Assembly: GCA_010405405.1 (NCBI GenBank)
Contig: MU004241.1
Location: forward strand, 1,151,359 to 1,215,358
Length of the DNA stretch: 64,000 bases
Reading direction: 5' to 3'
Origin: Microthyrium microscopicum
Lineage: Eukaryota
Below are positions 27,060-38,482 of the stretch, piece by piece; position 1 is the stretch's first letter; every line of letters begins with the position of its first letter. The position numbers were made by a program, and so were the translations under genes. Under the pieces are notes generated by a model. That model made no database searches, had not been told where the DNA came from, and saw only the letters and a program-made list of their open reading frames with translations.

Positions 27060-28964
27060 ATGTCTAACCCCACTTCTTCTAGTCCTGCCTTGAGCACGGT
27101 AGATTTGGGTGAACACATACACCGCATTTCTCTGCCATCGCTCGCTGCGAGTTTACTGGTACCTTCGCTACCTCAGCATCCAGTGAGACACTCGACGACC
27201 AATTCTAGGAATCAATCCAGGAACAGCGGTAGGCAGCCAAGCAATCCCGACAGCTACTCGTCTCTATCATCAACCGAGCGAGATCGCGAGAGAGAAAGAG
27301 AACGTCGGCTTCAGCAGCAAAAAAGAACTTCAAACAAAAATCGCCATTCAACCCAGCCCCAGTTTCAACTACCTCCTCCAAGAAGGTCCTCTCAAAAGAA
27401 ATCACGATTCGTTGGTTTTGATGGAATCTACAATCCAAACGCAAGCATGTCAAATTTGGAGGAAGTCTCAGCAGATCTCCCAGTCACGCGACACCGCAAT
27501 TCCGGTGCATCAGAGGGTATCTTCATGCATGGCACAAGCACCGACAACATCGCTGAGCTGTCAGCTCCTTCACCTCTTCCTCGGGATCGAGATCTTGCTC
27601 ATCAAGCTCGACGCAGTCAATTGGATTCCGCACAAGACTACGGATTCGACCAGTCGCAGTATTTGACTCCATCTTCCGAAAAGTACCATGATGACCGACA
27701 CGATTACGATCTGGATGCAGCCCCTCCCCCGTCAGTGAGTCCAATGAGACGATCTAGGATTGAAGGCCCAATAAATCTACCAGCCGGACGAAGTCTTTCA
27801 CGTCTGGATCAAATCGAGCCAGCAGGCGCACATTTCAACGACCATGCCACTCAGCTTTACATAATAGCTTATCTAATCTTCTTTTCTATTCTCGGCACAC
27901 TGGCTCGACTCGGCCTCAAATGGCTCACATTCTATCCTGGAAACCCGGTAAACACTCCTATCTTATGGGCGAACTTTGCTGGTTGCCTTATCATAGGATT
28001 CTTGATTGAAGATCGAAACCTTTTCACTCAAGGCTGGGGAACCAACAATGGGCGATCAACTCCAGCCAGTACACGGGAAAAAGCCTATGAAGAGCATGTC
28101 AAGGTCAAAAAGACCATTCCACTTTACATCGGCTTGGCTGTTGGATTTTGTGGCTCTTTCACCTCATTCTCCAGCTTCATGGAGGATTCCTTTCTAGCCC
28201 TCTCAAACAATCTCCCAACTCCCCAATCCCACCCTTATCCCATGGGTTTCGAAGTACCTAAGCCAGCAACGACTATACATCGCTCAGCTGGCTATGCGGT
28301 ATGCGCTGTACTTGCTGTTATGATAACCACCATCACACTCTCCGTAGCTGGCATCAAAATCGGCTCTCACATCGCCATTGGCCTCGACCCCTACGTCCCC
28401 ACCATCCCCTTCCGGCTCACTCGCAAGTATGTCGACCGCCTCTTCGTTCCCCTTGCCTGGCTTGCCTGGCTTGGAGCCCTCCTACTCGCCATCCTCCCGC
28501 CTGATCGTCCAGGCGGACCTTCAGGAAAGGACTCCTGGACAGCCGAGACCTGGCGTCCGACCATCCTTGCCTGTCTTTTCGCACCACTAGGCTGTCTTCT
28601 ACGCTACTACCTTTCCGTCCGACTCAACAGTATCTCTGCCGCATTGCCTCTCGGCACCTTCGCCGCCAATATCTTTGGCACCGCTGTACTCGGCATGGCT
28701 TACGACTTGAGCCGCGTGCCCATGGGCATGGGCTCAAGTGGCGGTATTGGCGGAGGCCTCGTTGGCTGCCAAGTATTGCAAGGCATCATGGACGGGTTCT
28801 GTGGCTCACTGACCACAGTGTCTACATGGGCGCTCGAAATGGTATCGCTCCATCACCGAGGCTATCTCTATGGTGGTGCCACCGTGACTAGCGCGTTTGC
28901 TCTTATTGTTGTGATCATGGGTAGCGTGCGATGGTCCATTGGCTTCAGTGCAGCTCTGTGTTGA
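27060..28964 (+). CDS. FEX1: Fluoride export channel (tandem CrcB/Fluc domains)
   Basis: GTLARLGL, WANFAGCLIIG, GFCGSFTSFSS, GCLLRYYLS, GTFAANIFG, GFCGSLTTVST; long disordered N-terminus. Confidence 0.92.
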   Translation: MSNPTSSSPALSTVDLGEHIHRISLPSLAASLLVPSLPQHPVRHSTTNSRNQSRNSGRQPSNPDSYSSLSSTERDRERERERRLQQQKRTSNKNRHSTQPQFQLPPPRRSSQKKSRFVGFDGIYNPNASMSNLEEVSADLPVTRHRNSGASEGIFMHGTSTDNIAELSAPSPLPRDRDLAHQARRSQLDSAQDYGFDQSQYLTPSSEKYHDDRHDYDLDAAPPPSVSPMRRSRIEGPINLPAGRSLSRLDQIEPAGAHFNDHATQLYIIAYLIFFSILGTLARLGLKWLTFYPGNPVNTPILWANFAGCLIIGFLIEDRNLFTQGWGTNNGRSTPASTREKAYEEHVKVKKTIPLYIGLAVGFCGSFTSFSSFMEDSFLALSNNLPTPQSHPYPMGFEVPKPATTIHRSAGYAVCAVLAVMITTITLSVAGIKIGSHIAIGLDPYVPTIPFRLTRKYVDRLFVPLAWLAWLGALLLAILPPDRPGGPSGKDSWTAETWRPTILACLFAPLGCLLRYYLSVRLNSISAALPLGTFAANIFGTAVLGMAYDLSRVPMGMGSSGGIGGGLVGCQVLQGIMDGFCGSLTTVSTWALEMVSLHHRGYLYGGATVTSAFALIVVIMGSVRWSIGFSAALC

Positions 28965-29361
28965 TCTTTTCTCTTTCATAATGTTGATATGTGATAATGT
29001 TTTTAAATGATCGGGTAACGTGGGACGGAAACAGAAAAGGACTGGAATGGGTAAGATACCACTTTCTGCGCTGCTTCGAACTTTTATACTTGGGATGACT
29101 TTGTTTCTTGTTGTCGTTATGACTGTTTGATGCCTTTCATCGTTGCTTGTGGACCGAACACCTCAATGGTAATATCTAACTCCGCCTCATGGGTTGTACC
29201 ATAATATTAGTAGTAGTCATGGGCAGTTGTCCACGACTTTATATAGACAAATTGGAAATAGATAGAACTTGTCATATCAAAACGATCCACCAACGTCCTA
29301 ACGACCATCCCAGAATATACAAACAACTCCTCATAACTGTACATTTATCATTTTCAGTTCA

Positions 29362-29667
29362 TCATGTCCTGGTACCATCAACACCATTCAGCGGTGCATC
29401 ACGCGGTTCCTTCTTCTCATTCGACCACCCAGAAGCTTTCAAAGCCCTCACCCGCTCCGCCTCCTTCTTCTGTAGTTTCTTGTTGTATATCTTATACGCA
29501 ATCGCATAAGCTGCAAAAGCTAAGATGAAAAGGCCTTCAATGCATTAGTGGCCCAATTCAAATCATTGCAGTCATACATCCTGCTTACCGATGAAGCCGA
29601 ACATGATACCAAGCTCATGGCCAACGCTTGGAATTGGTATATAAGGCTTTTCTGAGACGGCGGACAT
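29362..29667 (-). CDS. Small single-pass membrane protein (83 aa)
   Basis: MSAVSEKPYIPIPSVGHELGIMFGFI|GLFILAFAAYAIAYKIYNKKLQKKEAERVRAL...; intron 29535-29588 (GTAAGC..CTAAT..AAG) restores the frame. Confidence 0.7.
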
Positions 29668-30202
29668 GTTTGATGATGTTTCTCGGTTTAGTTTGGTTAA
29701 CGATTCTGTATCAAATTGTTTAATTGCCTGTTCGGAAGTCTGGGGATACGGCGGTTTTGTTTTTGGGAGGAAATCGTATGACGTTATGGCGATCACTGCT
29801 GACTTTGCGGGGAAAGGCGTCCTTTTTGCTGTCAGCCTTGCGATTTTGTAGATCACTTACTGGGTTGCGATGAGAACTCTGGATGGATTCGCGTGCTTAC
29901 TACTGGTGCTGGTGATCAGTTGTAGAATAGAATTCTCTCTAGTTGTGAAGCTCCAGATACACGATGAAGTTGGTGGAAGCAGCCTTGTCTGCAGCCTTAT
30001 AGGACAACTCATCAACAACTTTCAAACTAATCTTGCATAAATTGCTTTTGAGTAAATCTATCATGATATACAATCCATAATCCATACCGCAATAACAAAT
30101 ACATATAATAGTACAATGCCATGTCATAAATCTGTACTGTGTTAAACATAAGCCATCATGATAGCAAAACGCTATGCAAAGAAATCCAAGGAAACAAAGC
30201 GG

Positions 30203-31528
30203 TTAATCAGTCTTGAGCACTGACTCGTCACCAGCCCAAATCCCTCTCACAAACTCAATAGTCTTCCCGAACACTTCAATCTTTGCTTGTTTTTCTTCAT
30301 CTTTGAGAAATGAATCTGGGAACTGTGTCCATCCATGTTTCATGGCTGGATATCGCTCGACTCTGAGATGTTTAGTGCGAGTTCCATCTTCCTGCACCTT
30401 TTTAACCCAGGCTTCGCTCTGGTCTGCTAATGAATCATTCTCTGGCAAAACAAGAAGCATACGTGCTGCTGAATGTACTGCTGCCACTGCTGCCAGACCA
30501 GGACTGGCGCGCGGATGACCCGCCATATCGCGTGGAAGATAAGTGGGTGCGAGAAGGTCATCCGTAGCTGCCCAGAAGCTGCGCTTTGATGTGCCTGGGG
30601 TGCCTTCTGACTCGGCGATCAAGCTCTTCTTGGGCCGCTCGGACGGTAGTTGACGCGAGTCGAAGGATGGGTAATAGAGGAGGAATGGAACGGGATGTTG
30701 ATAAGTAGCCCCGAAAATAGAGGGCCAGGTTCTTTCCGTTTCTTCAGTGAGTGATAGAGCAAGATTCAATGCCAAGTTGCCGCCTGAGGAAAATCCCGAA
30801 ACTGATACTCGGCTAGTGTCCAGGTCTATAGATGCAGGAGTTGGTTCGAGGATTGAGGATACCGCTGAAGACATGACGGATTCGGGTGTTGTTGGTCTTG
30901 AAGGGATATGTAACAGATCATCGGCAGGAGCCTTTCGTGCTTGCTTCTTCTCGCGTTTTGACGCCTTTCTAGCACGTCTTTCAGCGTCTTTCTCGAGCTT
31001 TCGTTCTTCTCTTTGGGCTCTTTTGATGGCTCTGGCTTCTTCCTTTTCTCTTTTGCGATCACGCGCGTTCTCAACGATCTTCTTGCGAATTGATTCCCGA
31101 AGAGCGACCCCCGAAGGATGTGAGGGCTCCAGCACTGCGCGCAAAACATCCTCAGCATCTTCAATTGCGGCTGGAAACTTGTAGATAGGTCCCATTCGAT
31201 AATCTACAGTTATAACGACAGCACCCAACTCGCGAGCTAGTCGAGAACAGAAAGGTGCCTGCTCTAAGCAAGAGCCAAGAACGAATCCACCTCCGTGAAA
31301 GTCAATAATCACGGGTAGCTTCTCAGCTTCAGCTGCGGTAAGGTTCTTTTTGATGAAGATGTAGACGGGTATCTTGTAATCGCCACGGGATGGGAGTTCG
31401 ACGTAAATGGGGAATGGGCCTTCGGGGTCTGTCCACTTGAGTACTTGAATAGGTGTTAGGCGAGGAGCTTTTACGAGAGCGGAGCGCCAAAGGACGCCAA
31501 ACGGCTGTGATATCAGAGATTGAAACAT
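30203..31528 (-). CDS. Alpha/beta hydrolase (HSL-like, Abhydrolase_3)
   Basis: DFHGGGF, VDYRMGP..FPAAIED, GFSSGGNLA, ENDSL, KHGW. Confidence 0.88.
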   Translation of the reverse strand: MFQSLISQPFGVLWRSALVKAPRLTPIQVLKWTDPEGPFPIYVELPSRGDYKIPVYIFIKKNLTAAEAEKLPVIIDFHGGGFVLGSCLEQAPFCSRLARELGAVVITVDYRMGPIYKFPAAIEDAEDVLRAVLEPSHPSGVALRESIRKKIVENARDRKREKEEARAIKRAQREERKLEKDAERRARKASKREKKQARKAPADDLLHIPSRPTTPESVMSSAVSSILEPTPASIDLDTSRVSVSGFSSGGNLALNLALSLTEETERTWPSIFGATYQHPVPFLLYYPSFDSRQLPSERPKKSLIAESEGTPGTSKRSFWAATDDLLAPTYLPRDMAGHPRASPGLAAVAAVHSAARMLLVLPENDSLADQSEAWVKKVQEDGTRTKHLRVERYPAMKHGWTQFPDSFLKDEEKQAKIEVFGKTIEFVRGIWAGDESVLKTD

Positions 31529-31808
31529 GATTGAAGTGTTGAAGTGTTGATGCCTTGGGGACCGTAAGGGAAAAGGGTGATGATTCGGAGATATAGCAAT
31601 GAACCTGTAGGAGAGCTGGTGGCAGATGGAACAGAAGATATATGAAAATAAAGTGACGCGTCCGGATAAACGGTAGTACGGAGTAGTTAGACTATTCAAT
31701 GGTACTTTGAGTGTAGAAGGACAAAGGGTCCAAACCTTGCTCAAGTCTCAAGAAGGCTGAGCAGCAATGTACTCTGGCGAAGTAGTACGCTATCGGGTAT
31801 GGAGTACG

Positions 31809-32015
31809 GATATTCAGGTCCTCGTACCTTGCAGCGTATTTCGTATGGGGATCGGAAAGAAGTTGTCCGCTGCTGGTCCAATCGTTACCAGATATTCAGG
31901 CGCTATGCTGCAGCGTATCTCGCACGTAAATCGGACTGAAGATGTTTGCTGCATAAGAGGACCAAGCAGTACCTTCTAGCGTATTTCGTATGTAGCTGGA
32001 CAGACTTGTCGACTG
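31809..32015. repeat. Three degenerate direct repeats (about 70-80 bp spacing)
   Basis: AGCGTATYTCGYAYG core near 31833, 31912 and 31978; GATATTCAGG at 31809 and 31891; GTACCTT at 31824 and 31969. Confidence 0.6.
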
Positions 32016-32312
32016 ATCTTGAAGTTGGCAAGTTGCGACTCACCTGCTGCGATTGATTGGTGATGGTGATAGATGACGTAGCCAGTACGCTAGCATCAGA
32101 ACGGCTAGCTCTCCCGAAGCTTCTAACTCCACTAGTCCCATCTTTGACCCGACGGCTCTGTCGGATGCAGTCGACACTTTTTTCTTGACAGACATCAATG
32201 AACGTCTCTCGTTCTTCTTCTCGGTCGACGTCAATTAATAGATTACAGTTCCAATTGCGGCAACCTGTTCAGCAGTTCAAAGGCTGTGCAATAATGCATT
32301 ACAAACCTTGCC

Positions 32313-33485
32313 ATGAGTAATCTTCACGTCTTGAAACGGCAGTCATTTCGCCTGCTCTCAACCTCGCGTTTTCCCATCGCCTCTGTATCCAATCCGGCAT
32401 TCTCTACCCGAAACGCTTCAACGGGAACTCCAATTGCTTCTGCCGGTATCGCGCCTCTGCCGAATAGATCGCTCATCCACATATCCGGCCGAGATGCTCC
32501 CAAGTTCCTACAAGGCTTGACCACCAATAACGTCGATACCTCACGACTCCATGGCTGGTACACAGCTTTTCTCAATGCTACCGGAAGGGTAGTGACAGAT
32601 GCTTTTGTCTGGCCAGTCATCAAGGATGTTGATTGGGCTTGCTTATTAGATGTTGACGAGACTGTTGCGCAAAGGCTTCAAAGTTATCTGAAAAAGCACA
32701 AGCTGAGGAGCAAGGTATCCATCCGAGTACTCGAAGGCAGTCAAGTCTGGACAGCATGGCGAACAGAAGGTTCCAAAGCCGATCAAGTCTACCAAGCACC
32801 TGATGTGGGAAACGAGCAAAAGACCTTGGGATATCTGCCTGATCCAAGGCTCGCTGGCTTCTCACACAGGCTCATCCTGCCAAAAAATGCCGAACCCGAA
32901 AGTTCTTTGACGAATATTCTTCAACCTTTCTCACAGCTTCAGCTCGCCACTGCCAAACAGTATGACCTCCATCGCTACATCAATGGAGTTCCAGAAGGCC
33001 CAATTGAAATGTTTTCCGAACACTACCAGGTCCATCCCTCGAATCTAGACGTCTTAAATGCTGTGGACTTTCACAAGGGTTGCTACGTTGGCCAGGAGTT
33101 GACCATTCGAACCGAACACACCGGCGTCGTACGCAAGCGGATCCTCCCCATTCAACTGTACCCCACGAACTCATCTGCCCCAGATCAGCTCACGTATTCT
33201 CCAGACGTGATGGATTTTGACAGCTCGACAATCCCACATGAAACGAAGATCGTTTCGACAGGCGGCAAGCGTGAAGCTGCAAAGTGGATTGCGGGGACTG
33301 GCAATGTGGGACTGGCCATGTGCCGCATAGAAACTATGACTGATGTAAAAGTCAGTGCAGAAGGCGGCACCTATACAGAAAGCGCGGAGTTCTTTCTATC
33401 TGAAGATACGGGTCTCAAGGTCAAGGCCTTTGTACCCAATTGGCTTCGCCAGCAGCTATCAATGGCGCGAAAGCCGCGCAGTTGA
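32313..33485 (+). CDS. IBA57: Mitochondrial Fe-S assembly factor Iba57/Caf17 (YgfZ family)
   Basis: Presequence-like N-terminus; GRDAPKFLQGLTTN, FLNATGRV, signature KGCYVGQELTIRT..GVVRKR. Confidence 0.93.
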   Translation: MSNLHVLKRQSFRLLSTSRFPIASVSNPAFSTRNASTGTPIASAGIAPLPNRSLIHISGRDAPKFLQGLTTNNVDTSRLHGWYTAFLNATGRVVTDAFVWPVIKDVDWACLLDVDETVAQRLQSYLKKHKLRSKVSIRVLEGSQVWTAWRTEGSKADQVYQAPDVGNEQKTLGYLPDPRLAGFSHRLILPKNAEPESSLTNILQPFSQLQLATAKQYDLHRYINGVPEGPIEMFSEHYQVHPSNLDVLNAVDFHKGCYVGQELTIRTEHTGVVRKRILPIQLYPTNSSAPDQLTYSPDVMDFDSSTIPHETKIVSTGGKREAAKWIAGTGNVGLAMCRIETMTDVKVSAEGGTYTESAEFFLSEDTGLKVKAFVPNWLRQQLSMARKPRS

Positions 33486-35136
33486 ACGATGCCTGTCCTG
33501 TCTCGCTGCATGATGCAGTTGAGCAAGTTTTTCACAACCAACGCTATTCCTTGCTGTCAGATGGGGTATGGTTTTTAGTAGACTGCGCTTCCCAACTAGC
33601 GGCTAATCTCCCAGACGATGCTATTCCCACACTGGCTCCGTCTAGTAGTGTCATTCTACCAACCCGTCAGTTATGATCAAAACTTGGGCAGTTGACAGAA
33701 TCAAAGCTTGCTACGCCGTAGGCCCGCCAGGAAAGCAAGTATTCGGCGGCTGGCGAAACTATGTCGAGAGTGGGGCTTGTAACTTTCCAGAAAATACGAT
33801 AGTACCGGAACAGATGGCCATTGCATTCTCAAATGCAACCAGCCTGTCACCTCTCCACCCCATTATTCGCCCAAGGAGTTCCATTGTGATATTCGAGTAT
33901 ACTTGGCTTAGGTGTCCTTTTATCTTCCACCTTACTGGGACAAGCACAAACCGCTGAACATGCGAAAGATCAGACAGCATCACTCGAAGCTGCTTGAAAG
34001 ATACCAGCACGATCCTGGATTTGCATCCCCATGCACCTGTTTATGCTTCATAGCAAAACATCACGTGTAGGATCTGCCTCATATGGACAGGGGCTCGAAA
34101 TCTTCACCGTACAGGGTGCCTTAACTTCCTCTCTTGTACTGGGCCAGGCATGGGGCTAAAAGAAGTCAATCAAACGAATAGTACCATCGATAAAAGACAT
34201 CATACGGGCAATTACAGCCAACCTGATCAATTGGGCCTTCAGCCAGAAAATAGTGCAATTTCATGCCTCCCAGATACACATGACTGCGTAAAAAGTACAA
34301 ACTCCATACGCAAAATAGGTGTAATTCACATCACTCTGTGTTCAGGAGCCATTATGGTATTCATGCGTAGGTCTCGTTCGAATAAGGGAGAGCATTCATC
34401 CTGAGTAACTCGCTGCACAAGATACTCGAAGATACGACCGCCGGAGCAACGATTTCTTGAGCAAATTTCTTGAGCAATTCTCTTACGTACTATTGCCCCT
34501 CGGCATGCTTGTGTGCTCATCGTCAGAACTTTCCATCCGAGAAGATCCCAATCTAGCCAGACAATATCGTTATCAACCAGTCTAGATTGGCAGTACTAGT
34601 GGATCCCTTTCAATCCTATGCGCATGACCCTCACCTCAGGCTTCCTGCAGGACGTCGATTCAACCCCAGATTCTACGGCCCGCAGGAATCGTCCTGCCAA
34701 AGCCACCCTTTCCGAGCAATATGCATGATATCCGGTTATCTTCCCGTCCAAGCCGTCCATTCTGGGGGCATGACTTATCTTTGTTGTGCGTTAGTCCAGC
34801 AGGGGCCACTTCAAATTTTCATATGGGTGTCCAATTCTATGCTCAATCCCCGCAGAGGCACTTGTGCGTCCAGGTTGGAGTTGGAGATATCCGAAACGAC
34901 TGTCTCCCCGGCTTATCTCATTGGTTGCGCGACTTATGCGAACAAGGCTGAAAAGCTTGACACTTGTTCGAAATGGCCACAATTGCCACTAGTACTTGAC
35001 AGGGACCAGCTGTCTATAAAGGCGGCTTCTCTCGAGCCAAAATGACTTTCTCTTCATCTCCAAATCTACACTACTACTGCACTTTACAATCAATCAAAAA
35101 CTTAACCTTTTCCAAACCCAACCAACTTCAATCAAC

Positions 35137-35196
35137 ATGGGAGACTGCTCTTGCACCAACTGCCAATGCGCTGGAGAATGCAAGTGCGGCAAATAA
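35137..35196 (+). CDS. Very short metallothionein (19 aa)
   Basis: MGDCSCTNCQCAGECKCGK*: 6 Cys as three CxC, no aromatic residues; TCAACATGG start context, TATAAA at 35015, C/A-rich leader. Confidence 0.82.
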   Translation: MGDCSCTNCQCAGECKCGK

Positions 35197-35709
35197 AGGT
35201 CCGATTTCTCCTCGTCTCAAGTGCCGTTTGGCGTTGCTAACCAGGCTTTTTTGCAGACATGATGGAACTATTCCGCTGAAGACAATCTAACTCTACCGAG
35301 AAGTGACTGCCGTTTGATACTTTTGATGTCACTCTTACCGTCTATCCTTTGGACATGCCAAGTGGGCCTGAAGGAATACGAAATTCCACGCCACTCGACG
35401 GACGCTGGGTGGGAATGGTTCATGTCATTCTCTCATACTCAACCATGGACCAGGTAGCAAAATTTCAGGCCAGAATATAAGATAAAACGCGTCCTTCTGC
35501 CTACAGCATTTTGTCTCGTGACATTCAGTGACGCTCGTTACATCGGTTCATGTCGTGTCTTGCTGCCTGGCCAGTTCCTTTGGGACCGTTCAGACACTCT
35601 AGTGACTAATATAAGAAGGCCACATTGCTCCCATTTCTCGACGCAATTCTTAAGATATTTTCAGGGTCACATCGCCTGCTGATCTTTCAAGCAACAATCA
35701 CTCTCAACC

Positions 35710-36972
35710 ATGTCTTACAGATATCAATCCCAATTTTATGCCAAAAGAACCATGGCTCGAGGCTTGGAGCGCCCATCACCACTCAATTTTCCGCCAAAAC
35801 CAAAGCGTCAGGTACCATTTCAGGCCCGTGATCTCGAATCAACTAACTGGATTAGACTGCCTCCTGAACTCTGGCTGGAAATAACTGATCATCTTCCACC
35901 GAGTAGTGCAGCCGCGCTAGCTTTGACAAGCCAGCATATGTATCAGTGTCTAGAACGGCTGGGCACGTTTGCGAAATTGAAAGGAGATTTGAAAGAACGA
36001 GTGGCCTTGCTCGAACTCTTGGACGACCAGTGCCCGGATCACTTCCTCTGTTCTTACTGTGGAGTTTTCCACTTAAGAAAATGGGGCTTTGAGCAAATCG
36101 TTGCTAGCAATGCACTTTGTGCATACTTTCCAAAGTCATGTCGGATGTGGCGCATGTCGCTATTAGCAAGTCGCGAATACTACCTCAATATTGAAGGGAT
36201 TCAGTTTCACTGGTTTCAACTATACCTTGCCATGCGAAGACATCGACTAGGTTCCGCTTATGGTTCTCCCTTGAGCATAATCAATGATCCGAAAAATAAC
36301 AAGTATCCTGGCACGACCAAACTGTTGGATGCGGCTATATCAGACGATCGACTTCTGTTGCGCTCGAGGTCCTACTGCCAATATATCTCTTCCGATAGCG
36401 ACAGCGACCGCCCCCTCCATCTCTACCGGCCGAGTCGTGAGCAGGAAACGCCGCCTCTTAACGTTGAAAAGGTCATGCACCCCATAGGCGATATTAAAAG
36501 GAAGCAGTGTTTCGACCTGGATTCTGCCTTTTGGGCCGCTCGAACAGCTTTCGAAGAACACTCAAGTAGTGAATGCGCAGACCAGCCCTTCTGCTATTCT
36601 AGTCAGCTCCAAACATGCAAATACTGCCCAACAGAGTGGCGACTAGTTCTCAAACAGCAAATGACCCCTAAAGCGAAATCTAGCTGGCTCTTGCCTCGCT
36701 CAAAGAATGGAAGCAAGTTCCTTATGGTCTTATCTCGCTATATTGAGCTCGGCGAGTGCAAAATAGCGATCAGCAAAGAATGGGTGGCATTAACCAACCG
36801 TCAACCATACCGATATGTGTATTTGCCGGATGATCCAGATGGCCCCCAAGCTCTCCCTCTGTTCGAACACAATACTGAGAGGTCCATAGAAGAACGATTC
36901 GAAAACCAAAGAACCAGATCCGGCCACATTGAGGATATGAAAGAGTTGGAGGATTCAATACATGCATCTTAA
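35710..36972 (+). CDS. F-box domain protein
   Basis: LPPELWLEITDHLPPSSAAALALTSQHM; downstream CSYCGVFH and CKYCPTE motifs common in fungal F-box families. Confidence 0.78.
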   Translation: MSYRYQSQFYAKRTMARGLERPSPLNFPPKPKRQVPFQARDLESTNWIRLPPELWLEITDHLPPSSAAALALTSQHMYQCLERLGTFAKLKGDLKERVALLELLDDQCPDHFLCSYCGVFHLRKWGFEQIVASNALCAYFPKSCRMWRMSLLASREYYLNIEGIQFHWFQLYLAMRRHRLGSAYGSPLSIINDPKNNKYPGTTKLLDAAISDDRLLLRSRSYCQYISSDSDSDRPLHLYRPSREQETPPLNVEKVMHPIGDIKRKQCFDLDSAFWAARTAFEEHSSSECADQPFCYSSQLQTCKYCPTEWRLVLKQQMTPKAKSSWLLPRSKNGSKFLMVLSRYIELGECKIAISKEWVALTNRQPYRYVYLPDDPDGPQALPLFEHNTERSIEERFENQRTRSGHIEDMKELEDSIHAS

Positions 36973-37520
36973 GTCTAGAAGGGTTGAGCAGTTATGTGTT
37001 TTGGTCGTGGAAGGAAAACATCGTTTAGCATCAGAATTATGGGAAGAACTAGAGGTCGCAATGAGGCTGACAATTCGAGTCAATATAATTGGACAATGGT
37101 CAATGAGTATCGTCCTTGGTGTAACTGCAAACATACCAGAACTAGACCATAACGACGATCATCGTGCAGGAATGGTTTTTCTTTCTGCAACGAATAGAAT
37201 CTCTTGCAATTGTCAACCAACCATAAAGCACAGGCTCTGGGGCTTGTCCACTATTAAGTATAAATCCAGGTACAACCAGGTCAATTTTTCAATATTCTTC
37301 GCTTTTTACCATTTCGTTACAAAAATACACATAAGAAGTGTCTAGTCTGATTGAAGATTTCTCTTTGTCCGGAGAATCAACTGTACTCTCCCTGCTTTAT
37401 TCTGACAACCAGCATCGTTTCTATTCGTGTTGCGCACGAGCGAGAAGAGCTATTTATTGAATAAGTAACTATCAGACTGAGTACTTTAAACTTCACTCTG
37501 ACAACTGCCGCAACTGCATC

Positions 37521-38482
37521 ATGTCATCTAACGGTCATCTAAATGGTAGAACTAATGGCGCGGTACACGGCACATCAACACAAGCTGATTCAGACGCTCG
37601 CACGCCGTTACTATCTCATTCCTCAAGAGATCTCGTCTTGGACGTAGCTCCAGATAGAACGCATCACCACGAAGGACACTCCACTATGAGCGAGTATGTG
37701 GAGAGTGCAGTCTTGGGAATGGCTGATGGTCTGACTGTTCCGTTTGCACTTACTGCTGGCTTGTCATCGTGTGTAACTGCGTTATGCTCTAACTATGATT
37801 ATTATACTAACACACTCCCAGGGTTGGCTCATCTCGTCTAGTCATCATTGGCGGCCTAGCTGAGCTTTTTGCTGGAATGATCTCCATGGGTCTCGGAGAG
37901 TGGCTCTCTACCAACACCAAAGCTAAGCAATGGGATGTCGAGATTGAACGTGAGCGGAGAGAAGTACGCGAGTGCCCAAAAGCTGAGGAGGAGGAAATCT
38001 ACGAGATATTTGATGAATATGCGATACCGAGAGAAGATGTCCAGCCTATCGTTGAGCATTTGAAGCGAGATCCAGAGAAGTGGGTGGACGTAAGTTGCAA
38101 GTGTTCGGTGACCGTTCCATGTTGCTAATAAATGTAGTTCATGATGGCGTTCGAATTGAAGCTAGAGAAACCGAAACGGCGTACGGCCGTCATCTGCGCG
38201 ATTGTCATGGGAGTTTCCTACTTTATAGGAGGAGCTATCCCCATGATCCCCTATTTTGTCATGAATGATATCAATGATGCCCTTTTGACGAGCTGTGTAA
38301 TCACGGTCATTGTTTTGATCATTTTCGGTTATGCAAAATCGGCAATCGCTGGTACGGCACAGGCGGAACGTGTATGGAGTGCGGTTCAGACACTGTGTGT
38401 CGGTGTTTTGGCGGCTGGTACTTCTTATGGGATTGTATATGGAATCAATCAAAAGCTGTCAGGTGGTGATGGCTTTCTTTGA
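37521..38482 (+). CDS. CCC1: Vacuolar Fe/Mn transporter VIT1/CCC1 family, three exons
   Basis: LGMADGLTVPFALTAGLS, GLAELFAGMISMGLGEWL, MMAFELKL, SYFIGGAIPMIPY. Confidence 0.9.

Noticed and set aside
31809..32015. CRISPR-like array
   Set aside because: Eukaryotic DNA, only three degenerate copies and no cas genes.
33500..35045. Short ORFs upstream of the metallothionein
   Set aside because: No recognisable domains or coherent exon structure.
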